Assembly (NCBI RefSeq): GCF_009914755.1
Contig: NC_060939.1
DNA from: the human T2T-CHM13v2.0 reference genome, Homo sapiens
Length of the DNA stretch: 64,000 nt
Direction: 5' to 3' (one strand)
Part shown: positions 12,423 through 27,463 of the stretch, one piece after another
How the letters are laid out: every line of letters begins with the position of its first letter
Numbering within the stretch: the stretch's first letter is position 1
Position numbers and translations under genes: made by a program
The notes under the pieces: generated by a model
Told to the model about the DNA's origin: nothing
Databases searched by the model: none
Seen by the model: the letters and a program-made list of their open reading frames with translations, nothing else

Positions 12423-13264
12423 CACCTATCCTAATGGTCTACTCACAGATTTCAAATTGGCAGCACTCCAACATTGTCTAAAGCCAGCCTCTCTCGTAGT
12501 CAGTTGTTTTCTGTGATCACACTCTTATCTCTAGGGATCATCCACACCTACAATTCACATGGGTCTCTGCCTTCCAGTTCCTCTGCTCAACGTGTTACCC
12601 TGATGCCTTCAGAGCAGGCTGACTATGGCTGACCATGCAAGAATGAGAGCCTCTTCCCTATCCTCCTTAGAACTTCCAACAGCCTCTTGTTCCTCCAACA
12701 ACAGCTCAGTATGTGAGAGCTTCTGGGAGTCCACCAGCAAGCTTCTGGTGGACTTCTAACCCTTCTAATGAATAGAACCTCAAGAAACAGAGGAGGGCTA
12801 GGGAGCTTGCCCAGGAAGCATGAGGATTGAGGCTCTAGTTTTGACTTTTTTCCATTGTACACCTGTGCTGCAACACCCCAGAGCATTCTAATGCTAAAGA
12901 TTCCTGTTCAGTCTTCTTTATCTTGGCTGGCTTTCTTTGTGGAGCTGAGAGCTCATGGAACACCCAAGGTTGGAAAAAGAAGATAGCTCTGCCAATAGGG
13001 AAGCTGCTCCATTTAGCAAAAGCTGAGAGAAGGTAACATGGCTATCACTTACCATTACATCCCCACTCAGATACATAAAGCAGCTCTTATCCAGAGGGCA
13101 ATCTCTTATCCAGTGTGCCAGGCAGAACTCTGATCTCCCCCTCAGTCAACAGTTAAACAGTCAGTGAACTAAACATTGGTTCATTTACACTGGGCCTTTC
13201 TGAGCTAAGCTGGCTCCTGCCTTGGGTGAACATGGTCCAATATGAACCAGGCTTTGGGCTCTAG

Positions 13265-13603
<339 letters not shown>

Positions 13604-13746
13604 CCTTGAACCTTTTTAATTCCTCTATTCCTAGAAATGCTTCTTTTCCTAAACTTGGCTCCTGTAAGCCACAACACAGTAAGTAGATGTGTCCCTTCAC
13701 ACGTATTTGCACAATCTGGCATTTCCCCCACTCTCTCTGACAGCAG

Positions 13747-14088
13747 AGCTGTGGTTTGAATGTATATCTCCTCTAAAACTCATGTAGAAATCCAATCGCC
13801 AATAACAGTATTAAGAGGTGGGACCTTTAAGAGGTGATCAGGCTATAAGGGCTCCACCCTCATGGATGGAATTGGTGCTGTTATAAAATGGTGAGTTCAC
13901 TCCCTCTTCTTCTCTCACCACCTTGCCTTCTGCTGGCTAATAAAGCAGCAAGACGACCCTCCCAAGGTGCCAGTACCTTGATATTGGAATTCCCAGCCTC
14001 CACAGCTATGAGCCAATAAATTTCTGTTTGTTATAAATTACTCAGTCTCAGACATTCCCATGAGACCATCACAAAATGGGCAAAGACA
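13747..14088 (+). mobile_element. MaLR solo LTR (MSTC-like)
   Basis: TGTGGTTTGAATGT...TATTAAGAGGTGGGACCTTTAAGAGGTGAT...CCCAGCCTCC...AATAAATTTCTG...AAGACA. Confidence 0.88.
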
Positions 14089-14159
14089 AGCAGAAACCTT
14101 GTCTGTCTTCTGGTCACTGTTCTCTCCAAAGTTTAGAATTGTCCCTGCCATGGAATAAT

Positions 14160-14375
14160 AGCAGTGTGTTAAAAGTTTAAAAACACAGACTCTGTTCCAA
14201 TAGCCAGAATTGTTTGGGCTCAAATCCCAGATCTTCCTCTTACTAGCTACATAACTCTGGACAATAACTTCCCCTTTCTGTGGCTGAGCTTCCCCATTTG
14301 TAAATGATGTACAAGAGTACCTCTTTCATAGGGCTGTTTTAAGAACTGAGTCAATCTGTATAAAGCATTTAGAAT
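14160..14375 (+). mobile_element. MIR
   Basis: TTGGGCTCAAATCCCAG...TTACTAGCT...TTCCCCATTTGTAAATG...TACCTCTTTCATAGGGCTGTT. Confidence 0.8.
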
Positions 14376-14394
14376 TAGGTATTTAATTAAACTT

Positions 14395-14680
14395 AGATGA
14401 ATAAAATATCTGAGCTCCTCCTGTATGCCAGATAATGCAGGTGTCGAGGATAAAAAATATATATATAATCCTTGTCCCCAAGAATCAGAGTCTGATGGGG
14501 ACTGAGGTAGGTAAATAGACACAGACTAAGTGTCTTAAAGGAATTATGTACTTGGTTCTAGGGTAAGGCACAAGAATTACCCATATTTGTCCAGGAGAGT
14601 GAAAGAAGGCTTCAGAGTGTAGGATAAGTGATAGATGAGCCTCAAAGGAATAGAAGGAACTTACAAGGATTTCACAAACC
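14395..14680 (-). mobile_element. L2 remnant
   Basis: AAATATCTGAGCTCCTCCTGTATGCCAG...CCTTGTCCCCAAG...GAAGGCTTCAGAG. Confidence 0.65.
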
Positions 14681-14999
14681 AAAAACCAGCACTAGACTGG
14701 ACCAAGCACTTCAAGGGCGGGAGTCAGCTCAGTTCAGGAAAATTTTGAGGCTAGGGAAAGGGGTATAGTTAAGCATATTTAAGGAAATGAGGAATGATCC
14801 AGTTCAGTTGGGGTGCCACCTCTATGCTACCTTGGTAACTGGCATTTGCTCCCTCCTGTAGGCTCTGTATTTAAGGAAATGTGACAACATAAGTGGATCG
14901 AGCCATATGAGTTTGGACAACCAGGCAGCTATGATGTGGCAGAACCTAGGAGTGACAAGCTCCAATGGATAGACCCTGTCTTGGGAGTTTAGTAGAGAT

Positions 15000-15430
15000 G
15001 TGCATGGAATTTGAAATCAGATAAACTCAGGTCTTGTTGCATGAGGCAAATTACTTCTCTCTGATCCTCTGAATCATCATCTCTAAGATGGTTTTATTAT
15101 ATGGATTGCTCACTTTGAGGATTACCAAATACCAGATGCTGAATAAGCAGTTAATAAATGAAAGTTATTATGATCCATAATTCTCATCTCTTCTTCCTGA
15201 TGTCACTTAACAATATGTTCTAAAGATATATAATAAAGATTGAGAGCTGTTTTTTATATTGCAAATGAATCCAGTTCTGTTGATTACTATGTATCTTTCT
15301 CTGCACCTTTTCCCCATTCGTAAAATGGGGAAAATAAGGGTGCCATTCCCATGGGATTATTTTGTAAATTGATGAGGAATACACACGAAGCACATAAAGT
15401 GATAAGTGATCAACGTATATAAGCTGCTTA
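15000..15430 (+). mobile_element. Two degenerate MIR remnants
   Basis: GGCAAATTACTTCTCTCTG...CATCTCTAAGATGG and TTTCCCCATTCGTAAAATGGGGAAAATAA cores. Confidence 0.6.
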
Positions 15431-15642
15431 AAAAGGAAATGATATTAATATTGTAGAGACTTAAGATTGCAAAGACGTCATTGAAGATGGGACAAAGGTG
15501 TACACAGGCACTGGAGGGAAAAAGCTAGGGATGCCTATCAATGGCACGACTTGCCTTCTCAGAGAGGGTAATATCCAGAGACAACCTTGGACCAGCTTTC
15601 AGGAGGCCTTACACAGAAGCTGCAGACCAAGATTGGAGGCCT

Positions 15643-15685
15643 ACTGCTCCCCTCATGAACCCCACTGCTCCCCTCATGAACCCCA
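15643..15685. repeat. Perfect 21-bp tandem duplication (ACTGCTCCCCTCATGAACCCC)x2
   Basis: Read directly from the sequence. Confidence 0.95.
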
Positions 15686-16159
15686 AAGCCTCCAAGAGAG
15701 ACTAGGCTATCTGCTGTCTCTTGATGGCAGGGAAATGAGGGTGACATGCTATAAGTCCCTAGCACTGACATCTAGACTTCGAGGTATTATAACCCTAGAG
15801 GATGTTGTCAAACAGACTCATCAATTCCACCCCCAGCTGGGAATACGCTGTGTTCACAACAGAGACAGCTGCAAACACCAAAACACCAGGATTGAGATGA
15901 CAATCTTTATTTGCTTGTTTTTTTCTTTTTGCTAAGAGGAGAGGGAATTGTTTTCAGAGCCTGAACCTAGCCTCTCCATTTTTTAAGTTGTCGGCTTCTC
16001 TTATCCCACTCCAGCCAGTGTTTCTAACAAGAACCCAGCAATCTTCAGGATTCTCCAGTGACTAACTCTTATCCTCTCCTTCCCCCACTCCTCCCTGCCC
16101 TTCTGGGATCCATCTAGTTAGCAGAGCAACAGTTCTCACCCCTCCAATGGGCAGGAAAA

Positions 16160-16312
16160 TGTAGCGTACTATAAACAGCATAGAATTTCCAGCCAGGAAG
16201 CCCTCAGTATGAATTTCAAATTTGCCGATGACCAGCTATGTGACTCTACAAGACAGTTAACCTCTTTCAAGCCTCAATTTTCTTGTCTGTAAAATGTGAA
16301 TGATAATAATTC
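16160..16312 (+). mobile_element. MIR
   Basis: CCAGCTATGTGAC...TTAACCTCTTTCAAGCCTCAATTTTCTTGTCTGTAAAATG. Confidence 0.75.
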
Positions 16313-16893
16313 TGATTCCAGTAACTATTGTTGTATAACAAACCATCTCCAGCTTAGTGACATTATACAACCATTTGATTATACTCATGGATTTTGTAGA
16401 TCAGTAATTTGGAAAAGGCAGAGTAGGCAGCTGGTCTCTGTCTTTGGTGTCTGGGGCCTCACCTGGGAAGATCAAAGTTTAAACATGACTTTATAAATGA
16501 AGTCTGGAATTGCCTGAAGGCTTTTTACTCAGATACCTAAAGCCTAGATTAGGAGGACTCAAAGTTTGGGGCTACTGGTGAGAGCACCAACACATAGCTT
16601 CTCCAGGCTGCTTAGTGTCCTCACAACACTGTGACTCAGAGTAGTTAAACATCTTATATGGAGGCTCAGAGCTCCAAAGGTGATTGTCCTCACTGCTGAG
16701 ATATGAGCAGCAGCACAGTGGAAGTCATGCTTTGTCACCTCTGATGTGTCTGTTGGCTGTAAAGAGCCACAAGCCTGCCCAGATTCAAAGGGAGGGAAAT
16801 TAGTCTTTACTTTTGATGAAGGAATGCAAAGCTCTAAAACACATGGGAAGGAAGATATTGTTTCAGCCATCACTAGAAAATAGATTTTACATA
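16313..16893 (-). mobile_element. MLT1F-like MaLR solo LTR
   Basis: CTATTGTTGTATAACAAACCATCTCC...GGCCTCACCTGGGAAGA...CCTGCCCAGATTCAAAGGGAGGGAA. Confidence 0.82.
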
Positions 16894-17144
16894 TTCCCCT
16901 ATAGAATATCCATGAAGTGGAAGATATTGCATGTAGGCAACCTTGGCAAGTGATAGATGTTCATTAACCTGCTCCCTGCTCCTCAAGTTAAGTTGAAGTG
17001 CCAAAATATTTCCTTGGTGATTTTGGACAGCAGCCCTTTTGAAAGCTTTTATAGTCAAGTTTCTCCTCTCCCTACAAATCAGAGAATCCTTAGGTCATTC
17101 CACATATCTGGAACTAAACTGGATCTATATTTGCTTTCAAATAA

Positions 17145-17340
17145 TAATAATAAATTGATAACAGCCTGCTAAATGTCAGGCCCTATTCTAATACAACACT
17201 TGATCTCATTTTCTTTTACCCACAACCTTTAAATGTGAGTATTATCTCCATTTTATAGATGAGTAAACTAAAATTCAGAAAGCATAAGTGATTGCTCAAT
17301 GCTACACAGCAAGTCAGATCCAGACCCCATATGCTAGGCT
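17145..17340 (-). mobile_element. MIR
   Basis: TATTATCTCCATTTTATAGATGAGTAAACTAAAATTCAGA...TAAGTGATTGCTCAA. Confidence 0.8.
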
Positions 17341-17434
17341 ACTCTTGTGAACCTAACACCAGAACACTTGCTCTGCCATTCTACCATGCTGCTGTGCTTA
17401 GTAGTCACCTCTTCTTGGAGAGGGTGTGGTCTCT

Positions 17435-18634
<1,200 letters not shown>

Positions 18635-20064
18635 TCTCTTCCATCTCCATTTGACCTCCAGTCACAACTGACTATGTCCCGATAATAAATCTTGCTGTCT
18701 ACCTTTACTCCCAGCATACTCTGGGGCAGATGTCAATATTGTGTATTATAAAGTAACATAAATACTGCCGTGTCTATTACTTAGAACTACTTGCTCTACT
18801 TCTCAGAGTTACAATGAATTTTCCTTCTTTCCCATTTAAACTTGAGGGGATTTCCCAGCTCCATCTTCTTCTCTCTCATCAGCTAGGGCACCATTTTTGG
18901 TAAAGCCTGTTTGGTTTCTTCCAGTTTTGCCAATGACGGAAGTCACATCCAAATGGTTTGCTCCACTGATGTAAAGGTATGCACTGGCCTTAGCTATACT
19001 TTGAGGTGCTCTCAGATGCAAGTTGTTCCATTTTATTTCCATGCTGTAACTCATTAAAACTGTGTTTCACTCCAGCGTTCTGCTCATTACAATGGACAGA
19101 GAGAGTTTTGCTTCTGGGAAGCACAGTTATAATGAGGGCAGAGTGTTCAGCACAAAAACAGCTCCTAATAGCTCATTAGGAAAATTGACTAGTTAGGCAG
19201 AACTGTTGTTCCTTCACTTTGACAAAAGATCTGAAAGGCTTTCCTTCTTCAAGTGCCAGGGACACTGACGATCCAACCAAGTCCCTAGCCAGGGCTGGCC
19301 AGGCTGGGCAGGAGCTCTGGCTTCATCCTAGAAATGCCTCGGAGTTCCCAAGTGAGTAGACCCTCAACGTGGTTGACTATTTGTCCTGAGGATAGGTCAT
19401 GGCTTCCTGTGTGAGTGTGTGGGAACTTGTGTGTTTGCTTGTACAGGAATGGGGAAAAGAGATGAAAAGAAAGGAGAGAGTCAGGGGGAGTGACTGCCCT
19501 TTGCTCCACTGCTTGGAACAAGATATTATTAGTTGGCTGGGGATCTTGAAATGTCCAGTCCTTTTCTTGGAAGTTCCTCCAATCTTTGCTTTAGAAGCAT
19601 TTCCTCAGATCCTGATTAAAGATAGTCTAATTTTTGGTCTCTTATCTCAATGAAAAGCATCACCATTATTATGATAATTAAGACCATAATTTCCCTGAAT
19701 CACTGGAAAATCAACAACCTACCAGTTCAGAAACACAGATTGAAGCAAGCATGCATTTTGTCAGCCAACTTGTGTCACCAAGTTGCAATCATTTGTAATA
19801 TGACTTTACCTATGTTTTTCAAGCACTATCCACATATTTTCAGAGCCGTAAATTATTTTTTCAAACAACATCTTACATGGAGCCCAACCAATCAAACTGA
19901 TCCAACTGGAGCTACTTGGGTTGAGACGAGGTGTAGGGCCTGGGATTTTGTTGATCACTCAGACTTTCCTGCTGAGGTCCCCTGGGGCAGTTTCCAGGCA
20001 CCCCCTTTGAAGTTCTGTGGGTCACAGATTGAAAGTACTGCCATATATCAGAGGCCTGAATAAT

Positions 20065-20535
20065 GCGCATACTCTGTGACTCAGCAATCTGGTTTCCAGG
20101 ACTATAACCTAATACAATAATCAAACAGTAGCCAAAGAAGCTTTCCCAAGGATGTTCATCTCATCTTTGTCTAACTAAACGTTTTGAAAATTTTATCAGG
20201 CTAACTAAATGTTTCATAAGACTAGAATTGGTTAAACAAATTATAGTATGTATATATAAAACAGAATAATAAGCTTACATTCAAAATGATATAAATTTAT
20301 GTTGATAACTGGAAAATATCCTTTCATACTGGAGAGTGGAAAAAAACAGATTACAGATTATGCAACATTATGACATCATTTGTGTAAAATATGACATGTA
20401 GTATTATATGCATGAAAGGACATGCATCAAAATGTCATTTTCTATGATTGAGGATGTTTTATTGATTTAATTTTTCAATTTCTGTGTTTTTAAATTATTT
20501 ATAAGCATGTATGATTTCACCAAAAATAAAAGAGA
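20065..20535 (+). mobile_element. L1ME 3' fragment
   Basis: TGACTCAGCAAT...AAGGATGTTCATC...TGGTTAAACAAATTATAGTAT...AAAACAGATTACA, old L1 3' UTR motifs. Confidence 0.65.
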
Positions 20536-23129
20536 AAAATGTACATACAAGTAAGAAGAAAAAGAACTGCTGCTTTTCACTGCCATTAGAACAGCATTTG
20601 ACCTGCTCTTCCTCAATCTGTATAGAGGTTACCAAAATTTTTTCAAACCAAATATAATCAAGTGATATTTTCTCTTTCCTAGAAGTAAGGACGCTGCTGT
20701 TTAGGGCATCTGGCACTGAAGGCCTGTTCACCTCACAGGACCTGGAAAGCCAGCACTCAGAGACCACCTTTCCCCCATGTCTCTGAGCTATTCACCAGCA
20801 AAATGCTTGTGCCTGTATGTGTGTGCTGGGGTGGGGGCCGAAGGGAGAGGTGGCAGGGGTCTGCTTGGGCCTTATTTATCCCACTGTAGGCTGGTGATCT
20901 GACTTTCCCTGCACATTATCTGTTTTGGGGATCAAATGAAGCCATAATAACAAAAATCTTAATCTACTGGCGCTCAGCATGCTGGAAAGTTCTTCTCAAG
21001 TAATCTGAGGTGTGCGTGGCATCTTCCTTGTGCCTGCACAGCATCTTCCTGTGTCTGCTTCAGCCAGTAAGAACACTACTCCCCCAGTTCTCTGTGAGGT
21101 CTGACTTTCACATCAGCCTCCACATCTACCTGAAACTGGCACCTTTCCCTGGAGTTTTTAAGATATGAGAGGTACACAGTGTTTGGCTCTGAACTAAAGT
21201 GAAAAGGCTTGTTACATTTTGTCCACCACATCAGGCATAAAGCATACCTGAGCAGTGAAGCTCATGACCCATGTTCCCATAATTTATAGGACCTCATCAA
21301 TACCATTCCCTTTGCTTCCACCTGCACCCATTCCAACAGGGCTCAGATACCAGCATGGACCCAGGCTGGGGGCAGACGACAGGCATCCTCCAGGATCCCC
21401 TCCAGGAGCCTGCTCACCATCTTCCCCCAACATGGCTCCTCCCTTGCAGGCAAATAAACGGCCACATGAAGTCAAGCACAGACAAGTAGGGTGTCAAGCC
21501 TCTATCTTCATTGTCTCTTCTGCTCCCTTCAGGATCTTTTCAGGTTACAGAAAACAGAAGTGTAATAACAGCATAGACGAATAATATAGAATAGTATAAT
21601 AAGCCCAAGTATAATAGTAATATAGACACCATATTGAATGTCTTTATGTGATTTGTGGAGCTCTTCCTCTTATCTTTCTGCTTATCAGTGGCCCTGCCTG
21701 AAGAGACAGCAATGAGGGAGAGGACTTCACCATATATTAAGGGTCTACCATAGCTCAGCATTGCACCAGATGTGAGCCGTCTCATTTTCCACCTTGCAGC
21801 TTCCTCATCGTTTAGCAGATGAGCAAGCAGGTTTGGAGATTACTAAGTGACTAAACAGACCTGAACTTTGGCTTGTTAGACACCAGCAATGGGAGGATAC
21901 TCTAGTGTGTCTGACAGGAGACTAGGAACCTGGAGTCCCCATGTCCTAGCCCAACTCCTCAGTAAAGTCTCCCTAACTAGCACAACAGCATTCAAGCATC
22001 TCTCCCTCTCCCAAACATCTCCAATTATCAATCAATTTGGTGAGTTCCCTTGAGACATCTCATCTAGACCAGCCTTGAACTATCACTCAAATAATTTATA
22101 ATTATTTTTCTTTTCAAGAGCTTAAGACTGCGGCTCCTTACAGGCACTGGCTCTGAATGGCTTGTTCATCTTCATATCTCCCATCACCACCAAACAGTTC
22201 CCCAAGGTATGTTTGTCAGTTTCACTTAATTTTCTGGATATAAATTGAAAAATATCAAATGGATTAAATGCTAAAGGCTGTTACTTTTTCTATTATACAA
22301 CAGAATCATCTTACTATAAAATGAGCCCAAGAGATCCTTTTGGAAATTTTTTTTTACAAAATGTCTTTGGGGTGTAAAATAGTTCTGCCTATATCCAACA
22401 AAGCATACTAAGATGATATAGGTGAAATTACTTTATAAATTATAGAACATTACAGAAATTAAGCCATTATTTTTACTATTTTGGTAATATTTTCTGACAT
22501 ATTTAATACTATTATTCAGTATATATTTAGTATTTTAGTATTTAAAATAGTTTAATATTTGGTAATTTATTGCACATCTTAGTAATTATTACTAGTTTAT
22601 TTACTGCTACTATAAGCAATAGCAGTAATATCCGAGCAAGCAGTGTGTCTCTCTCTTTCATTCTTCCCCATGTCTTCTATTGCCTATTAGAAACCAAATC
22701 AGTTTTTATCTCTTATTATGCACTCATGAATGGCAAAATAAAGTCTCTGACAACAGCAGAGGAATGAGATAATAGGTTGCACCAAACCTTGAGGGAACCC
22801 AACCCAGAACTGATTTAGGGTTAGAAGCCTGGGGACCAATAAGGAACAAAAAGAAGGGCTCATAGTTGAGTTAGCAATAAAGCAAGAACCAAGAGGAACA
22901 TTGTTTTTAAAAGCAAGAACGCATAAAGGAAGAAAATAGTTTTAATCAAATAATAAAACAATGAGAACAAATATAAAAATTAGGGTAAAATCTAAGATCT
23001 TCCATTTCTGTTTATAATTCTTTATGATTGGGTTTTTTTTCATATCTTAGCCAGGGGAATCAATTCTCCAGATTCAGGGAGCCTTCTGTCTCTTCTCACA
23101 CAGAAACAGTATAATCTGGAAGCCTCCAA

Positions 23130-23295
23130 GTCAGGAGGCAAGATTGGAGTCATTACTGGCCCAGTTACTCACTGTGTGAACCTGAGAACAATGCTCAAAA
23201 AAAGACAAGCCTCAGTTTCCTTATCTGAATGATACTGATAATACCTAAGACACAGCGTTACCGGGGACTGAGTGAAATATTTGCAAAAAATATCT
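23130..23295 (+). mobile_element. MIR
   Basis: TTACTCACTGTGTGAACCTGAG...AAGCCTCAGTTTCCTTATCTG. Confidence 0.7.
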
Positions 23296-23573
23296 AACAT
23301 ATTTTAGCTATTTGATAAGTTGATTCTGCCTCATGTCTTCCATTAAAAAACCAAACCAGCTTCTGTTATTATACATGTTTTCTTGAATTGTTAAAAACAA
23401 TACCCCTAATAAATGACCAACTGAATTATATGAATGAATCTGAACTACTTCACTCTCCTCTAATGCTGAACAATTAGATTGTTTCCCACTTATTAGACAA
23501 CTATTGCTGTGATGAGCATCATCTATAAAATGGGAATATTGCACACCGGATGGTTGTATCAACTGAACACACC

Positions 23574-23931
23574 TGTATTAGTCTGTTCTCATGCTGCTAA
23601 TAAAGACACACCTGAGACTGGGTAATTTATAAAGGAACGAGTTAAACCTCACAGTTCCACATGGCTGGGGAGGTCTCACAATCATGGTGAAAGGTGAAGG
23701 AGGAGCAAAGCCACATCTTACATGCAGCAGGCAAGACAGTTTGTGCAGGGGAATTCCCATTTATAAAACCATCAGATCTTGTGAGACTTATTCAACTATC
23801 ACAAGAACAGCATGGGAAAAACCCACTCCCATGATTCAATTACCTCCCACCAGGTCCCTCCCACAACACGAGGGGATTATGGGAGCTACAATGCAAGATG
23901 AGATTTGGATGGGTACACAGCCAAAACATCA
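23574..23931 (-). mobile_element. THE1 (THE1C-like) MaLR solo LTR
   Basis: TGTATTAGTCTGTTCTCATGCTGCTAATAAAGAC...GATGAGATTTGGATGGGTACACAGCCAAAACATCA; 5-bp TSD ACACC/ACACT. Confidence 0.95.
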
Positions 23932-24269
23932 ACACTCTTTTGGCATAGACTTTAGTTGTAACTGGGATGGTAAAGTTTATTCAATGTGCCTAAACTTTCC
24001 ATCCAACCTCTTTAAATTTTGTGACACTAGTAATGGCTCCAAGTTATATGTGTAGGATTGTTGACCATTGATCTATGGCCAGGTGGCTTAACTGCTGAGA
24101 AGATGATGTTTTTTAGTGAGGCCACAAATCCCTGACATAAGCCATCTCCTCTCTCCTCCACATATGCTTACATATCCCTTATATTTCCTGTCTTGTTCTT
24201 CCGCATCACTCTGTATTTGGCCCACTTGTCATCTCACCTTTGGATTCATGGTCTTTATTATCAAACAGT

Positions 24270-24480
24270 ACAACAGAGTAGAAATATCAGGACATTTGGC
24301 AGCAGACAGACTTGAAGCCTCTCTCCAGCTCTCTTATTCACAGTGTCCTATGAACAATTACATAATCTCTGTTTTCTCATTGAAAATAGAGTTAAAGTCT
24401 GTCTTGCAGGGCTTTTGTAGTGAACACGTGGGATCATAAACATAGCTCTGAGCAGGGATTCTGGCCCATGGTAGCAATTC
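24270..24480 (+). mobile_element. MIR remnant
   Basis: TCTGTTTTCTCATTGAAAATAGAG...CTTGCAGGGCTTTTGT...CTGGCCCATGGTAG. Confidence 0.55.
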
Positions 24481-26207
24481 CTCCTCTTCACTCCCATACT
24501 AAGTGAGGCTTGACACAGGGAAGGTTAAAGACACTTTGGCCTTGTCCTTACCTACAACCCCCTCTGGATGTTATTTAGTGTTGTGGCCAAGTTTCCCTTA
24601 TGGGAAACTGGCCCTGATTATGGTGTTCTATGGCTAATATCAGGCTTGGCATTTCCCCCGCTGTGAGAATATTTTTCTCTTAGCTCCTATCAATAAATAC
24701 CCTGTTACTTCATCCAGGTCCAGAGCCCCAAGACCCTTCCCAGTGCAATGCAGTTTAGAGCCATTAGTTCAATAGCCTGTTTCATGCAGTGATCTCATTG
24801 AAGAATAGGTCCCTTCCTTATCCATGTGTCTCTCCCTGCGCAGCCTTCACAAGCCTCCTTTAAATTCCCAGCTTGGTAGTTGGGTTACAGCTATCAGTGG
24901 ACAGACTGGCTGATCACTTTGCCTGTCTTCCAGGACTTCAAAGCCTCCACCACCCTGATTCCCTGTTACTACTCTACCCACCTGAGAGCCAGCCATTTAT
25001 CTGAACCTGCTTACTCTACTCCAGGACACAGTGACAGGTCACATTATAAAACAGGATGCAAAAATGTCACCCCATGTCCCCCTGGAACACCACCACTTCA
25101 GAGGATTGCCATGCCCATGGACTCAGTGGGGTCTCTGGCTAGCCGCCATGCAGCTATCACAGTGCTGGCTGTCAGAGGTGCCTCAAGGAAAAGGATTATG
25201 CCTTGTTCCCTGTTGTTTAGCCATTGTGTGGGGATAGAATTAATGAATGAATGGTCACCTCAAGACATCATGCTGCGAGTCCCCCAGGAGTGGGAGTAGA
25301 TATACATCCACGACTCCTAGGACAGCATGAGGAATCCTGCCTGCATCCCTTAACACAGGCTGGCCTCTCCCTGGTTCTCTACCTTCCTTTGGCTCTGCCT
25401 GTTTCACTGTGTGATGTTGAACTAGTGATATAACCTTTCTGAGTCTCGGTTACCTTATCCTCCAAATAAGGAAGACAGCACAACTTAAAAATAGACAATA
25501 AAGATACTAGTTTTAGTCTGCCCTTCTTAACATCCCTCTTGTTTCATGATGATTCATGATTTATCCCTTCTTTGCCCCTGCAAACAATTCCCTTGTTTTC
25601 ACATACAGTCATCTCTGTAGGATCTTTTTTCTTGCTTGTTTTTCAAGTGGATCAATTCTATTAGGGCCAATAGTCTCATTACAAAAAGTTCACATGCCTC
25701 TCTCTCTGCTCCCCTCCCCTTCTTGCACACATGCTGTTACTTCTAAATATTTTGTAAATAGATTGATCCACTTGATATACTTCTAATGATTTATGTTGCA
25801 GAGTAAATCTAAAACCAATAAAAATGGAGATCAAGAATGTGCATCTATGTAAAGGGGTCCGATTATTTTTCTACAGTTTCCACTTACTCTTTGCACCTAG
25901 TTAGGCCTTTCGGTCATAATCAAAAACTTCAGTAGTGGGGAAAAAAAATAAACCCTCAGAGTTTACTGTCATGTTCACACCTCCCTCTGCCTCAGCTGGT
26001 AATCCCCTCCATCCTTCGGTGCACCACATGACAGGAAATGTTTAGCATCCACTTTTAAAAGCATGAGGAGAGGGGAGAGCTAAGCAATTCCTCCACACCA
26101 TATTTTATATCTCAAGAATATAAAACATAGCTTGTGGAAATGGTGCAGAAGAGAAAGACCAGCCCACAAAGAGGGGTGGATTACAGCTACACTGAAATCA
26201 TCCCATC

Positions 26208-26678
26208 TGTAGTCTCTGGAAGACTTGCTGTTGGGACCTCACTCCTACCCCCTTTACACTGAGGGTCCCCAAGCTCACTCCGTGGCTTCCTACTGCACAC
26301 ACTGGTCACTGTGCCTCAAGGATTTCCCTGGCCACTGAAATAGACTTGGACTGCTTGAGGGACAAGATGACAGTGCCAGGGGGCAAATGCCCCTGGGAGC
26401 AGCTCTCAACCTCTGACAGGCTGGGGTTGTTAGATAACGAACCCTGCTTCCTCACTATCGGGGTGGGGCAGGACTGGGGCATGCTCTGTACAGTCACTCT
26501 ATTGGGATCGAGCCCCAGTTGCTCACTGCAGTATCCTTGCTCATCAGCATCCCCTCTACTGGGTCCCTCCCCTTTCCTAGCTCACTTCTCCTACCAGTGT
26601 TTCCTGGGAGCACATACTAAGTAAAACACTTGCACTCAAATCTCAGGACCTACGTTTGGGGAAAGCCAGTTTAAGATG
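26208..26678 (+). mobile_element. LTR16-like ERVL solo LTR
   Basis: AATGCCCCTGGGAGCAGCTCTCAACC...TTCCTGGGAGCACATACTAAGTAAAACACTTGCACTCAAATCTCAGG. Confidence 0.78.
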
Positions 26679-27155
26679 GTCATTTTAACAGAACCTTCAC
26701 ACCATTTGTTAGAATCCCACACACAGGCCCAAACCCCCAGTGCCATGGAGAGTTCACTCCTTCTGTGGGAGCTGCTCAGAGCCTGTCCTCCTGTCCCCCA
26801 CTGCCCTGGCTCCCTCTCTTAAGGGTTACGCTTCACACCACTGCTACCGAAAACCATGACAGGCACACAAACAGTATGACTGCGTCCCATGTTCTTTGAG
26901 ATGATGGTATTATCTTATCCAGAGGGCTTATTCTCTTGGGAGAGATTTTAAACAAGGTTCTAGGGCAATGGAAGAGATACTGAGGGGTTGAAAAGCTTCC
27001 TGGGGTCTTTCAAGTTATTTCAAGTGGTCAGGCACCTATCAAAGTCAATCCCAACAGAATATGTGGGTCTTTGAAGGAATGTCAGTATTTTTGTTTGTTA
27101 TTTTGTTCCAGATTCAAAATCCCATCCCTCAAAGTCTTGTTTAAGACAAGATTCA

Positions 27156-27463
<308 letters not shown>

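Noticed and set aside
15498-15935. Longest ORF in the track (145 aa)
   Set aside because: GTG start, no recognisable domain or exon context; the CSPHEP repeat is just the 21-bp duplication
23660-23672. Possible PRDM9 hotspot motif in THE1 (minus CCTCCCCAGCCAT)
   Set aside because: Two mismatches to CCTCCCTNNCCAC at key positions; ordinary consensus state
24860-25400. Possible second LTR16-type remnant and 139-aa ORF
   Set aside because: Resemblance too weak to call by eye; the ORF has a TTG start and no recognisable domain
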